Of a stretch of DNA of 64,000 bases, positions 1-10,075 are shown one piece after another; position 1 is the first letter of the stretch, and each line of letters begins with the position of its first letter. The notes under the pieces are model-generated. The model had not been told where the DNA came from. It worked only from the letters and a program-made list of their open reading frames with translations, and searched no databases. A program made the translations under genes and the position numbers. Origin of the DNA: an uncultured delta proteobacterium. Lineage in GTDB: Bacteria > Myxococcota_A > Polyangia > Palsa-1104. The stretch spans positions 64,001 to 128,000 of the forward strand of contig CAWAWS010000018.1 in the NCBI GenBank assembly GCA_963785725.1, written 5' to 3'.

Positions 1-1515
1 CGCACCTTTGCCGCCGTGCCGTTCGCGGCGCGCTCGGGCATTTTGGGCGTGCTGCTCTTCGAAAAGCCCGGCCGCTCCGGCTTCTCCGCCGAAGATCGCG
101 ATCTGCTCGTCGCTTATGCCGATCGCGTCGGCGTCGACCTCGAGTCACAGGCGCTGTCCGACGAAGTGCGGCGGCTGGAAGCGCTGCCGGCGCTCGGTGG
201 CGCACCCGACGTCTACATCTGCGATCGCTCGCTCACCGTCGTCAAAGGCGCGCATGCGGGGCAAAAGCTGTGGCAGGCGCTCGACGTGGCCGAGGCGCCG
301 GTGCGCGCGCTCGGCGACGAGCTGGGCGAGCCGGCGACGATCGCGCTGCGCTCGGAGACCGGTCGCTCCTTGCGCATCAAGCTCGTGCGCGGCTCGGACA
401 CGCTGTGGGTGGCGACGGCGGAAGACTTGGAGGAGCTCGAGCGGCTCAAGCGTGAAGCGGCGCGCGCGCGCGAGCATTTGGCCAAGGTCCTGCGCTCGGT
501 GGCGGACGCGATCCTGACGCTCGACACCGAAGGCCGCGTCGCGTCCGGTAACGCCGCGGTGGAGCGCGCGTTCGGCTACGTGCCGGCGGCGCTGATCGGC
601 CGGCCGGTCGAGGAATTGTGCGCCGACGAGCGCGCGCGGCGCCGCGCGCTCGAGCTGCGCCAAGAGGTCATTCGCTCGGGTTTTGCCGAGCGCGAGCTGC
701 GTTTGCGCACGCGCGAAGGCCTGTTCCTCGTCGCCGAAGTCTCGGCGCTCTTGCTCGCCGACGACGAAGAGCGGCCGGCGGGCATGATCTGGCGCGTCCA
801 CGACCTGACCGAGCGCCGCCGCGGTGACGCCGAGCGCAAGCGGCTGCAAGCGCGCCTGTTGCACACCGAGCGGCTGTCGGCGCTGGGCGAGATGGCGGCG
901 CGCATCGCCCACGAAGTGCGCAATCCGCTGGTGTCGATCGGCGCCGCGGCGCAAGTCGTCGCCGAGGAGCTGAGCGTCGACAGCCCGGTCTTGGGCGAGG
1001 TGCAGGCGATCGCGCGCGAGGTCAAGCGACTCGACAACATCGTCACCGACTTTCTCAACTTCGCGCGCCCGCGGCGAGCCGAGCTGCGCACGGTCGATTT
1101 GGCCGCGGTCGTCGACGAGACGGTGGCCTTGGCGCGCGCCAAAGCGAAGGACGTCGAGCTGCGGGTCAACGAGATCGAGCGGCCGCTCAAAGTGCGCTGC
1201 GATCCCGACGCCATCAAGCAGGTGCTGCTCAACGTGCTGCTCAACGCCGTCGAAGCGGCGCCCAAGTCGATGATCGACTGCGACGCGCAGACGCTGGGGC
1301 GGCACGTGGTTCTGTCGGTGGCCGATCGCGGGCCGGGCATCGCCGAGCAGGTGCGCCGGCGCGTCTTCGATCCATTCTTCTCCACGAAGACGCGCGGCAC
1401 CGGGCTGGGCTTGGCCGTGTCCAAGCAGATCGTCGACGAGCATCACGGCCGTATTCGGCTGTTCAACCGACGCGGCGGCGGCACCCGCGTTGTCATCGAG
1501 CTGCCGCTAGGGTAA
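1..1515 (+). CDS. PAS-domain sensor histidine kinase (5' partial; probable GAF fragment at the N-terminus)
   Basis: Frame is open from base 1. H-box AHEVRNPL, N-box [23 protein letters not shown] and GTGLGL; PAS-like [12 protein letters not shown]. Confidence 0.92.
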   Translation, partial: RTFAAVPFAARSGILGVLLFEKPGRSGFSAEDRDLLVAYADRVGVDLESQALSDEVRRLEALPALGGAPDVYICDRSLTVVKGAHAGQKLWQALDVAEAPVRALGDELGEPATIALRSETGRSLRIKLVRGSDTLWVATAEDLEELERLKREAARAREHLAKVLRSVADAILTLDTEGRVASGNAAVERAFGYVPAALIGRPVEELCADERARRRALELRQEVIRSGFAERELRLRTREGLFLVAEVSALLLADDEERPAGMIWRVHDLTERRRGDAERKRLQARLLHTERLSALGEMAARIAHEVRNPLVSIGAAAQVVAEELSVDSPVLGEVQAIAREVKRLDNIVTDFLNFARPRRAELRTVDLAAVVDETVALARAKAKDVELRVNEIERPLKVRCDPDAIKQVLLNVLLNAVEAAPKSMIDCDAQTLGRHVVLSVADRGPGIAEQVRRRVFDPFFSTKTRGTGLGLAVSKQIVDEHHGRIRLFNRRGGGTRVVIELPLG

Positions 1516-1537
1516 TGAACCCCGTGAAGAGGCCTGT

Positions 1538-2939
1538 TTGGAATTTCGCACGCTCATAGTCGACGACGAAGAGACCTACGCGGCGTCGTTGAAGCGGCTG
1601 CTCGGCCGGCGTGGCGTGCGCGCCGACGTGGCCTCGACGTTCGCCGAGGGCCTCGCGCTGACCAAGAAGCAGCGCTACGACTTGGTGATCCTCGATCACA
1701 TGCTGCCCGACGGCAACGGGCTCGACCTGATCCCGCCCATCCGCGCGCTCAGGCCGCCGCCGACGGTGCTGATGATGACGGCGTTCGGCACCATCGAGAA
1801 CGCCGTCGAGGCCATGCGGCGCGGCGCCGCCGACTACGTGACGAAGTCGACGGAGCTGCCGGCGATCGTCGAGCGCGTCGTCGAGGCCGAGCGCGTCATG
1901 CGCGCGCGCTTCACGGCCGCGCCGGCGCCCGAGCCCGACCTCGATCCGCTGCAGTTCTCCGGGCTGCTCGGCGAATCGGCTTCGATCAAAGAGGCGCGTC
2001 GTCGCATCGCCGAGGTCGCGCGCTCGACCGATACGACCGTGCATTTGACCGGCGAGTCGGGCACCGGCAAAGGCGTGGCCGCGCGCGCCATTCATTCGCT
2101 GTCGCCGCGCGCCAAGGATCCGTTCGTGGCCATCGACTGCGTGGCGCTGCCGGCGACGCTGGCCGAGTCGGAGCTGTTCGGTCACGAGAAGGGCGCGTTC
2201 ACCGGCGCCGTCGACAAGAAGCCGGGCAAGCTGGAGATCGCCGCGCGCGGCACGGTGCTGCTCGACGAAGTGGGCGACATGGAGCCGGCGCTGCAAGGCA
2301 AGCTCCTGCGCGTGCTCGAAGAGCGGACGTTCGAGCGCGTCGGCGGCGTCAAGCCGATCGAGATGGGCGCGCGCGTGATCTCGGCCAGCCATCGCGACTT
2401 GGGCGCGCTCGTCGAGGACGGCCGCTTTCGTCTCGACCTCTATCATCGCCTGTCGGTGTTTCCGATCGCGATCGCGCCGTTGCGTGCGCGCGGCGAAGAC
2501 GTCCTCTTGCTCGCCGATTACTTCGTCACCGAGTTCGCGACGCGCATGCAGAAGACGATCGTGCCCGTGGCCCAAGGCAGCGACGAGACGCGCGCGCTCA
2601 TGCTCGCCTACGATTGGCCCGGCAACGTGCGCGAGCTCAAGAACGTCATCGAGCGCGCGGTGATCCTGGCGGCGGCGGAGATTACGCCCGAGCTGATGCC
2701 CGAGCGCATGCGCGCGGCGCCGCGCGTCGTCGGGCCGGTGCAGCTCGGCATGCCCGAGTCGTCGTCGGGAGGCCTCACAGCTCGAGTTCCGCCCCGGCAC
2801 CGACACGCTCGATGATCTGGAGCGGCGCCTGTTGGAAGAGGCGCTGCGCATGGCCGGCGGCAAGAAGGCGAAGGCGGCCGAAATCCTGGGCATCAGCCGC
2901 TTTGCGCTGCTTCGTCGCGTCGATAAATTCGGACTTTAG
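1538..2939 (+). CDS. Sigma-54-dependent response regulator (NtrC family, REC-AAA+-Fis HTH); +1 frameshift near 2777
   Basis: REC LIVDDE...LDHML; GESGTGK, GAFTGA, WPGNVRELKN. The Fis-type HTH (LDDLERRLLEEALRMAGGKKAKAAEILGISRFALLRRVDKFGL*) is in the +1 frame, ending at TAG 2937-2939. Confidence 0.9.
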
Positions 2940-2960
2940 AATGGGAGTAATGCGAACCTC

Positions 2961-3848
2961 ATGAGCTTCGATCTCGACACCTATTTGAGCGAGCGCAAAG
3001 CGCGCGTGGAAACGGCCTTGAAGCAGCATTTGGATCGCTGCGAAGGCGCGCCGGCGACGTTGCGCGAGGCGATGGCCTATTCGCTGCTCGCGGGCGGCAA
3101 GCGGCTGCGTCCGATTCTGGCGCTGGCGGCCTGCGAAGCGGTCGGCGGCGCCGTCGACGAGGCGCTCGATGCCGGCTGCGCCGTCGAGTTCGTGCACACC
3201 TATTCGCTCATTCACGACGACCTGCCGGCGATGGACGACGACGACTTCCGCCGCGGTCGTCCGACGGCGCACAAGAAGTTCGGCGAAGCGATCGCCATCC
3301 TGAGCGGCGACGCGCTGGCCGCCGAAGCCTTTCGCGTGGCCGCCGAGCATCGTCGCGGGCGTGAAGATCGCGTGGCCGACGTCGTGTTCGAGCTGGCGCG
3401 CGCGGCCGGCGCCGTCGGCATGGTCGGCGGTCAGGTCATCGACATCGAGGCCACGGGCAAGAAGATCACCGTCGACGAATTGGAGACGCTGCATCGCGCC
3501 AAGACGGGCGAGCTCTTGCTCGTCTCGGTGCGGGCCGGTGCGCGCATGGGCGGCGCCGATGCCGAGGCGATGGAGCGGCTGACCGCGTATGGTCGCGCGC
3601 TCGGCCTGGCGTTTCAGATCGTCGACGACGTCCTCGACATCACCGCCGATTTGCAGACGCTGGGCAAAGATCCCGGCTCCGATCGCGAAGCGGGCAAGAC
3701 GACGTTCGTCGATCTGCTCGGTATCGATGGTGCGAAGGCGCGCGCTCGCTCGGTCATGGACGACGGTGTGGCGGCGCTGGCTCCGTTCGGCGCCCGCGCC
3801 GAAGCCTTACGCGCGCTGGCGAAATACACGGTCGATCGCGATCGCTGA
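2961..3848 (+). CDS. ispA: Farnesyl/geranylgeranyl diphosphate synthase
   Basis: GGKRLRP, SLIHDDLPAMDDDDFRRGRP, KTG and FQIVDDVLD motifs. Confidence 0.93.
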   Translation: MSFDLDTYLSERKARVETALKQHLDRCEGAPATLREAMAYSLLAGGKRLRPILALAACEAVGGAVDEALDAGCAVEFVHTYSLIHDDLPAMDDDDFRRGRPTAHKKFGEAIAILSGDALAAEAFRVAAEHRRGREDRVADVVFELARAAGAVGMVGGQVIDIEATGKKITVDELETLHRAKTGELLLVSVRAGARMGGADAEAMERLTAYGRALGLAFQIVDDVLDITADLQTLGKDPGSDREAGKTTFVDLLGIDGAKARARSVMDDGVAALAPFGARAEALRALAKYTVDRDR

Positions 3849-3856
3849 GTCGGGCC

Positions 3857-5029
3857 TCAGGTCGTGGCGCGCGCGCTCGCCGCGGTCGTCGAGAAGGCCA
3901 CTCCCAAGAAACCGAGCAGCACCAGCGGCATGACGTAGTCGTTGGCGAAGCGCCCACTCACGGCGGCGACGAGCGCGAACGCCGCCAGATGTCCGCCCGC
4001 CATATACCAGAAGGGATGTCCCGCCGGTCGGTTACGCAGCCGCCAGGCGGGCACGAAGAGCGCGATCGCCACCAGCAGCGTGCGCACCCACGTCCCCACG
4101 CGCGCCGGGAGCCTGCCGATCGTCGCCGACAACCAGACGTAGAGGAAGTTGTCCGGCGGCCAAGCCTGCGCCGCTTTGGCGGCGGCGATCGCGAACGGCC
4201 CGTCGACGAACAGCTGCTGCCGCAAGACGATGAAGAACAGCACGAACAGCGTCGCCAGCGTGGCCAAGCCGCCGGCAGCCAGGCGCGCCAGCTCGCGCCA
4301 CGTCGCGCGGCGCTCGCAGACGAGCCAGGCCAAGAGGCCGAGCCCGACGTAGGCGTAGCTGAGCCGGATGGCGACCGCGTACGCGGCGAGCGCGCCGGCA
4401 GTCACGAACCAACGCCGCGTCGTCGCGTACCAGGCGAGCGCCATGAACGGCACGCCGTAAGCGAGCTCCTCGTGCGACCAATATTGGCCGGCCGACAGGT
4501 TGAGCTCGCCGATGAGATAGAGCAGCACCAGCGTCGGAAAAGCACCGTTGTGTTGCCGCAGGTCGCCGGCGAGGAAGAGCGCCGCCATCGTCAACCAAAA
4601 CAGGAAGGTCAGACCGTCGATCTGACCGCTCGCGGCCACCCAAGGCAGCGCCAAGACGACGGTGCCCGGCCCGCTCGTGATCTGGTTGCCCAACGACGTC
4701 CGCAAGAGCCAAGGATTTTGCCGGTGCAAAAAGCGCGTCGTCGCTTGCTCGGCCGCTTCGTCGCGGTCCGACTGGCGATCGTGCGGGCCGCGCGCCGCTT
4801 CGGATCGATCGCTCGTCACCAGCACGAAGGCGAACGCCAGCGCGAGATAGACCGTCCAGCGCGGCGCCGAAGCGATGGCCGCGATCGCGGCGGCGACGAG
4901 CGCGCCCAGCGCCCACGAGGCGTGCGGCGTGTGCCACAAGAGCGCCTCGAAGATCGTGTAGATGAGCGCGAAGATCGCCAGCGGCGGCAAGCTGCGTCGC
5001 TCTTGCAGATAGCTCCAGGCCGAGGACAT
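3857..5029 (-). CDS. Polytopic membrane protein, possibly a GT-C fold glycosyltransferase
   Basis: Start at ATG 5029 (MSSAWSY), just downstream of the UbiA-family gene. About 10 hydrophobic segments, with acidic SDRDE in the first loop followed by QNPW. Confidence 0.6.
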   Translation of the reverse strand: MSSAWSYLQERRSLPPLAIFALIYTIFEALLWHTPHASWALGALVAAAIAAIASAPRWTVYLALAFAFVLVTSDRSEAARGPHDRQSDRDEAAEQATTRFLHRQNPWLLRTSLGNQITSGPGTVVLALPWVAASGQIDGLTFLFWLTMAALFLAGDLRQHNGAFPTLVLLYLIGELNLSAGQYWSHEELAYGVPFMALAWYATTRRWFVTAGALAAYAVAIRLSYAYVGLGLLAWLVCERRATWRELARLAAGGLATLATLFVLFFIVLRQQLFVDGPFAIAAAKAAQAWPPDNFLYVWLSATIGRLPARVGTWVRTLLVAIALFVPAWRLRNRPAGHPFWYMAGGHLAAFALVAAVSGRFANDYVMPLVLLGFLGVAFSTTAASARATT

Positions 5030-5040
5030 GGGCGGCCGAT

Positions 5041-5910
5041 TCAGTAGCGGTAGTAGATGATCAGCGTCGAGGCGATCGCCCAGGTCACCAAGTTCAAGAT
5101 GAACGCGGGATCCTTGAGCATCTCTTCCGTCGGCGAGTCGCTGCGCGGGGAGTTCACGAGCTGGAAGAAGCGGTAGAGGCCGAGCGCGCAGAACGGCGCC
5201 GTCCACAGCATGCGCGTCGTGCCGAAGAAGCGGATGGTGTGCTCGGCGCGCGTGTACAAGATGTACGCGCCGAGCGTGCTGACGCCGGTCACGAACAGGG
5301 CGACGCGCAGCGCGCCCGGGCGATACGAGCGCAACACCGAGCGCTGCTCGTGCGCGCGCTCGCCGGCCGATGCCAGCTCGTGGGCGCGCTTGCCGAAGCC
5401 GAGGTAGCAGGCGAGCAGCGCCGTGCAGATGAACAGGTAGGGCGAGGCTTCGACGTCGATGGCGGCCGCGCCGGCGGCGACGCGCAAGAGGAAGCCGGCC
5501 GAGATCGAGAAGACGTCGACGTAGGGAATGCGCTTCAACCACAGCGAATAAGCGACGTTGTTGAGCCCATAGGCGAACGCGCAGGCGGCGAAGCGCCAGT
5601 CGAGCAGGAGGCCGAGCACGAGCGCGCCGGCGCCGAGCGTGGCCGCGGCGATGCGCGCGTCGCGGACCGACAAGCGGCCGGACGCGATGGGCCGCTTGCA
5701 CTTACGCGGATGCGCGCGGTCCTTCTCGACGTCGATGATGTCGTTCCACAGATAGACGGCGCTCGAGAGGCAGATGAAGAGCCCGACGGCGGCGAGCCCG
5801 TGCAGCACCGTGTGATAGTCGGTGAGCCGCTTGGCGAACACCAACGGCGCGGCCACGAACAGATTCTTGACCCACTGCCGCGGCCGGCAGCATTCGATCA
5901 GCGCCTTCAT
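5041..5910 (-). CDS. UbiA-family prenyltransferase (decaprenyl-phosphate phosphoribosyltransferase-like)
   Basis: RPRQWVKNLFV, YLWNDIIDVEKDRAHPRKCKRPIASG, KRAHEL and SPTEEMLKD. Confidence 0.9.
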   Translation of the reverse strand: MKALIECCRPRQWVKNLFVAAPLVFAKRLTDYHTVLHGLAAVGLFICLSSAVYLWNDIIDVEKDRAHPRKCKRPIASGRLSVRDARIAAATLGAGALVLGLLLDWRFAACAFAYGLNNVAYSLWLKRIPYVDVFSISAGFLLRVAAGAAAIDVEASPYLFICTALLACYLGFGKRAHELASAGERAHEQRSVLRSYRPGALRVALFVTGVSTLGAYILYTRAEHTIRFFGTTRMLWTAPFCALGLYRFFQLVNSPRSDSPTEEMLKDPAFILNLVTWAIASTLIIYYRY

Positions 5911-5926
5911 CTACGGACGCAGTATG

Positions 5927-7264
5927 TCACGGCATCGGCGCCGCAGCGGCGGGAACGTTGGGGTGTTTTGTTTCCGGCACCCACACGAGCTTGGGAATAT
6001 AGGTGACCAGGCCGAGCGCCAGCGCCATCAGCAGAATGAACGGGATGACGGCGCGATACAGCTCGGTAATCGGGCGGTTGAAGCGGAACGCCGCGATGAA
6101 GAGGTTGAGCCCGGCCGGCGGCAAGAGATAGCCGATCTCGAGGTTCAACAAGAAGATGATGCCGAGATGATAGGGATTGATGTGGAACTGTGCAGCCGCG
6201 GGAACGATCAGCGGCACGACGACGACGATGGCGCTGAAGATGTCCATCAAGCAGCCGACGAGCAGCAATAAGACGTTCAAGACCAGCAAGAAAGCCCACT
6301 GCGTGTGGACGAACTGCGCCATCCAATGGAACAGCCGATCGGGGATCTCGGCCTGGATGAAGTAGCTGGTCAGGATCGTCGCGGCCACGATCTTCATGAA
6401 GATGGCGCCGACCAAGGTCATCGACTCGCGCGTCACGGCGAACAGATCGCGACGCACGTTGATGTCCTTGTAGATGAACACTTCGATGACGAAGACGTAG
6501 AGCGCCGTCAGCGCCGCCACTTCCGGGATGACCGCGAGGCCGAAGAAGAGCAGGGCGATGATGACGAATGGGATCGGGACTTCCCACTTCGCTTCCCAAA
6601 GCGCCTTCCAGAAGCCGGGCATATCGAGCGGCGTCGTCGGGACTTTGGCGCGCCAGCCTTCCCAGATGCAGTAGATCGACAGGATGACGAGGAGCAGCGT
6701 GCCGGGCACGATGCCGGCCAAGAAGAAGCGGGCGATCTCGAACTGCTCGCCCATGCCGGACATGCCGGCGTTCAAGCCGAAGACAATGCCGTAGACGATG
6801 AGCGGCAGCGCCGGCGGAAAGAGCAGGCCGACCGCGCCCGAGCCGGTGACGACCTCGATCGAGAAGCGGCGCGAGTAGTTCGAGCGCTCGAGCTCGGGCA
6901 AGAGCAGTCCGCCGAGCGCGACGATGGTGACGCCGCTGGCGCCGGTGAAGACGGTGAAGAACGCGCAGGTCCAGACGGTCATGACGGCGAGGCCGCCCGG
7001 AATCCAGCCGAGCACCGCCTTCGACATGCGCACGAGGCGCTCGGCGGTCTTGGCGCGCGCCATCAAGTAACCGGCGAAGGTGAAGAGCGGGATGGTCGAC
7101 AGCGAGACCGCTTTGCCGCCGGTGAGCGAGTAGACGTCGGTGATGCCGCCCGAGAACGGCGTGTCGACCGAGTGCAAGCCGGCCAAGCCGATGCCGGCGA
7201 GCACGCAGAACAGCGGCATGCCCAACACCGCCAGCGAGAGAATTCCCGACAACCAGAGGGTCAT
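5927..7264 (-). CDS. dctM: TRAP transporter large permease
   Basis: IPLFTFAG, GGLA, GLLFPPALPLIVYG and EIGYLLPPAGLNLF; start taken at MTLWL (7264). Confidence 0.92.
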   Translation of the reverse strand: MTLWLSGILSLAVLGMPLFCVLAGIGLAGLHSVDTPFSGGITDVYSLTGGKAVSLSTIPLFTFAGYLMARAKTAERLVRMSKAVLGWIPGGLAVMTVWTCAFFTVFTGASGVTIVALGGLLLPELERSNYSRRFSIEVVTGSGAVGLLFPPALPLIVYGIVFGLNAGMSGMGEQFEIARFFLAGIVPGTLLLVILSIYCIWEGWRAKVPTTPLDMPGFWKALWEAKWEVPIPFVIIALLFFGLAVIPEVAALTALYVFVIEVFIYKDINVRRDLFAVTRESMTLVGAIFMKIVAATILTSYFIQAEIPDRLFHWMAQFVHTQWAFLLVLNVLLLLVGCLMDIFSAIVVVVPLIVPAAAQFHINPYHLGIIFLLNLEIGYLLPPAGLNLFIAAFRFNRPITELYRAVIPFILLMALALGLVTYIPKLVWVPETKHPNVPAAAAPMP

Positions 7265-7274
7265 GGGCGCACCT

Positions 7275-8066
7275 TCACGTCGACTCTCCCTCGCTGGCGT
7301 GTGCTGCCGGGTCATGCGCGGCGATGACGGCCGAGTCTTCGGCCGGCATCTCCGCGCCGTGCGACGCTTCGGCGATCCATTCGGCCGGGATCTCTTGCCG
7401 CGACACGAGCCAGCTTATGTCGAGGAGGGTCTGGACGAAGAAGTGAAAGGCGATGGTGCCGTAGCCGAAGATGAGGATGAAGGCGCCGCGCGACGGCGTG
7501 AACAGCTCGTCCGCTTGCGACGCTTCGCCCAGCTCCTCGAGCGTGATCTTGCGGAAATCGAGCGACGCGCGGAACAGCAAGTAGACGATGAAGATGGCGA
7601 ACAGCGTCGTGAAGATGCGCAGGATCATGCGCGCGCGCGCCTTGACGACGCGGGTCACGGCGTCGATGCGAATGTGGCGGCCGGTATAGGTCGCGTAGGC
7701 GCCGCCCAAGAAGCCGAGCATGAAGACCGAGTGCCGAATGACGCCGTCGGTCCAGGCCGGCACGTGGAAGAACGGGATGTGCCGCTGCACCAGGTTGCGC
7801 TCGACGAACTGCCACGTCGCCAACAAGATGACGGCGAGCATGCAGGCGCCGATGCCGATGCCTTCGATGACCGCCAGGCCCCGCGAGACGGCGGCGATGG
7901 CGCGGATCGGCGCCGGCCAGCTCGGCGGCACGTGATGATGCGGCTTGAGCTTTACGCTCGGCGTGTCGACGCGCACCGAGACCATCGCTCCGCGTACGGG
8001 CGAGCCGGAGCGATGGTGGACGCCGTTGGGCGGCGACTTCTTGCCGTCGGAAGCGTCCGGCGCCAC
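7275..8066 (-). CDS. dctQ: TRAP transporter small permease
   Basis: Four TM segments and the GGAYATYTGRHIRID motif; lies between dctP and dctM. Confidence 0.88.
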   Translation of the reverse strand: MAPDASDGKKSPPNGVHHRSGSPVRGAMVSVRVDTPSVKLKPHHHVPPSWPAPIRAIAAVSRGLAVIEGIGIGACMLAVILLATWQFVERNLVQRHIPFFHVPAWTDGVIRHSVFMLGFLGGAYATYTGRHIRIDAVTRVVKARARMILRIFTTLFAIFIVYLLFRASLDFRKITLEELGEASQADELFTPSRGAFILIFGYGTIAFHFFVQTLLDISWLVSRQEIPAEWIAEASHGAEMPAEDSAVIAAHDPAAHASEGEST

Positions 8067-8068
8067 TG

Positions 8069-9076
8069 CTACTTCTTACCCGCGCGGTAATCGGCCACGA
8101 GCTTCTCGATCTTCATGCGCCAGTCGTGGCTGTAGACGCTGGGCTCGAGCTTGGTGCGCACGGCCACGGCCTCGGTCGTGAACTGCTTGACCATCTCGGG
8201 CGGCGACTCGACGACCTGCAGGCCGGCGTTCTTCATCTGCGTCAACGCCTTCTCGTTCTCGGCGCGCAGCGTCTTCAGGAGCTTGCCTTCGAAGTCGCGC
8301 GAGTCGGCCAAGAGCGTCTTCTGCACGTCCGGCGGCAGGCTGTCGAACACCTTCTTGGTGATGACCGCCGCGCCGATGGCCTGCGTGATGTGCAGCGCCG
8401 TCATGTACTTCACGCGCGTGTACCACTGCAGCGCGAAGGTCGACAAGGGCGAGCCGTAACAGGCGTTGATGAGGCCGGTCTGCAGCGACGGCAACACGTC
8501 GGGCACGCCGAGCGGCACGCCGTTGACGCCGAGCTGCGCGAACAGCGCCTTGACGAGCGCATCGTCGACCCACGCCCACATCTTGGTCTGCGCCAGGTCC
8601 GACTTGTTCTTCAGCGGAATGTTCGAAAAAATGTGCACCGGACCGACGTCGCCCCACGACAAGAGGACATAGCCCTTGTCGATGAACTTCTGGCGCAGCT
8701 CGGCGTCGAGCTTGGTGCGCACGAAGTCGAGCTCGTCGTAGGTGTTGATGAGCATCGGCAGCTCGAGGACGCGCACTTCGGAGTTGATGAGCCCGAGGCC
8801 GATGGCCGTGACCGCGGCGCCGTTGAGCTGCCCGAGGCGCATCTTGCGCACGGCGTCGCGCTCGTCGCCGGCAGCGCCGCCGGCGAAGAACTTGATCTTG
8901 ACCTTGCCGCCGGTGTGCTCCTCGACGTTCTTGGCCCACTCGTGAAATTGGACCATCCACGAGGAGCCTTCCGGCGCCAGCGTGGCGATCTTCAACGTCA
9001 CCGGCGTCTGCGCGCGCGCGGCGCCGCCAAACGAACAAACGGACAGGGCCAGCGCGAACGCAACAAGCTGCTTCAT
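8069..9076 (-). CDS. dctP: TRAP substrate-binding protein (TPAT P component)
   Basis: Signal peptide; LKIATLAPEGSSW, GDERDAVRKMRLGQL and DVLPSLQTGLI. Confidence 0.92.
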   Translation of the reverse strand: MKQLVAFALALSVCSFGGAARAQTPVTLKIATLAPEGSSWMVQFHEWAKNVEEHTGGKVKIKFFAGGAAGDERDAVRKMRLGQLNGAAVTAIGLGLINSEVRVLELPMLINTYDELDFVRTKLDAELRQKFIDKGYVLLSWGDVGPVHIFSNIPLKNKSDLAQTKMWAWVDDALVKALFAQLGVNGVPLGVPDVLPSLQTGLINACYGSPLSTFALQWYTRVKYMTALHITQAIGAAVITKKVFDSLPPDVQKTLLADSRDFEGKLLKTLRAENEKALTQMKNAGLQVVESPPEMVKQFTTEAVAVRTKLEPSVYSHDWRMKIEKLVADYRAGKK

Positions 9077-9090
9077 GTAGAAAATCTCCC

Positions 9091-10008
9091 TTAGAAGTAG
9101 TCTTCGACGTGGTCGAGGTAGCGCTTGGCGCGCTTTTTCGCGAGCGAATTGGCCAGCCGCTGCTGCGGGTAAATGTCCGCCGGCTCGGCCAGCACTTCCT
9201 TGAGCTTCTTCTCGAACAGCGGGCGATCTTGCGTGATGACGCCGAAGAAGCGCGCATACATCACGCGCGCCATCAGGTATTTCCCGCCCGTGGCATCGAT
9301 CGCTTCCTGAAAGAACTTCTGGCCGAGATCGGGATCGCCGCCGATCGCCTTGCCCTGCGAACAGTAGACGATGCCGAGCGTCATGGCCGCGCCGGCGTTG
9401 TAGAACTTGGGATCGAGCTCGTGCGAGCGCTTGATGAGCGCGATCGCCTTGGGCAGATCGACGACGCGCGCCAGATCGTCACGGTTCAGGTTGATCGCCG
9501 AGGCCAACGCCAGGCCGGCGAACAGCAGCGCCGGCGCGTCTTTTTTGTCGAGCCGCTTGGCCGCCGCCTCCGACGAGGCGACGTCCTTGCGGAACTGCTC
9601 GGGGAACTTCTTGTCGTCGAGCGCGATGAGCCTGAGCGCGTACTCGAGCGCGCGGTCGTACATGTTGGTCGCGCGCCAGGTGAGCTGCTTGCGCTCCTCG
9701 GCGTGCTTCAGATCGTCGGGCGTCGACTCGAGATCGTCCTCGAGGAAGCCGAACGGATATTCGATGTAGCCCTGCGCCAGCACGTGCAAGAGGTCGCGAT
9801 TGGTCGGCGCCGACTGGATGAAGCCTTCGACCGTCTTCAACTGACCGGGCGCGGCGTCGCGGGCGAGCTGCACGTCGTTCTCGGCAGCGAACGAGTCGGA
9901 TGCGACCTTCAGCACCGGCGCGGTCGTCGACACCGTGAACGCTTTCAGATCACAGCCGGCGAGCCCGAAAAAGATCGCCAGCGTTCCAAGCACACGGAGT
10001 CTCACCAT
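9091..10008 (-). CDS. tatT: TRAP-associated TatT (T component) lipoprotein
   Basis: Lipobox LAGC; helical protein with END...A..AAP..LK..E, GGDPDLGQKFF and NSLAKKRA; directly upstream of dctPQM. Confidence 0.85.
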   Translation of the reverse strand: MVRLRVLGTLAIFFGLAGCDLKAFTVSTTAPVLKVASDSFAAENDVQLARDAAPGQLKTVEGFIQSAPTNRDLLHVLAQGYIEYPFGFLEDDLESTPDDLKHAEERKQLTWRATNMYDRALEYALRLIALDDKKFPEQFRKDVASSEAAAKRLDKKDAPALLFAGLALASAINLNRDDLARVVDLPKAIALIKRSHELDPKFYNAGAAMTLGIVYCSQGKAIGGDPDLGQKFFQEAIDATGGKYLMARVMYARFFGVITQDRPLFEKKLKEVLAEPADIYPQQRLANSLAKKRAKRYLDHVEDYF

Positions 10009-10075
10009 GGCCGATGACCGTATCGGAGGCAGCGACGGTGGTCAAGCCGCGTTACGGTGCTATCCTCAGCCGTCC

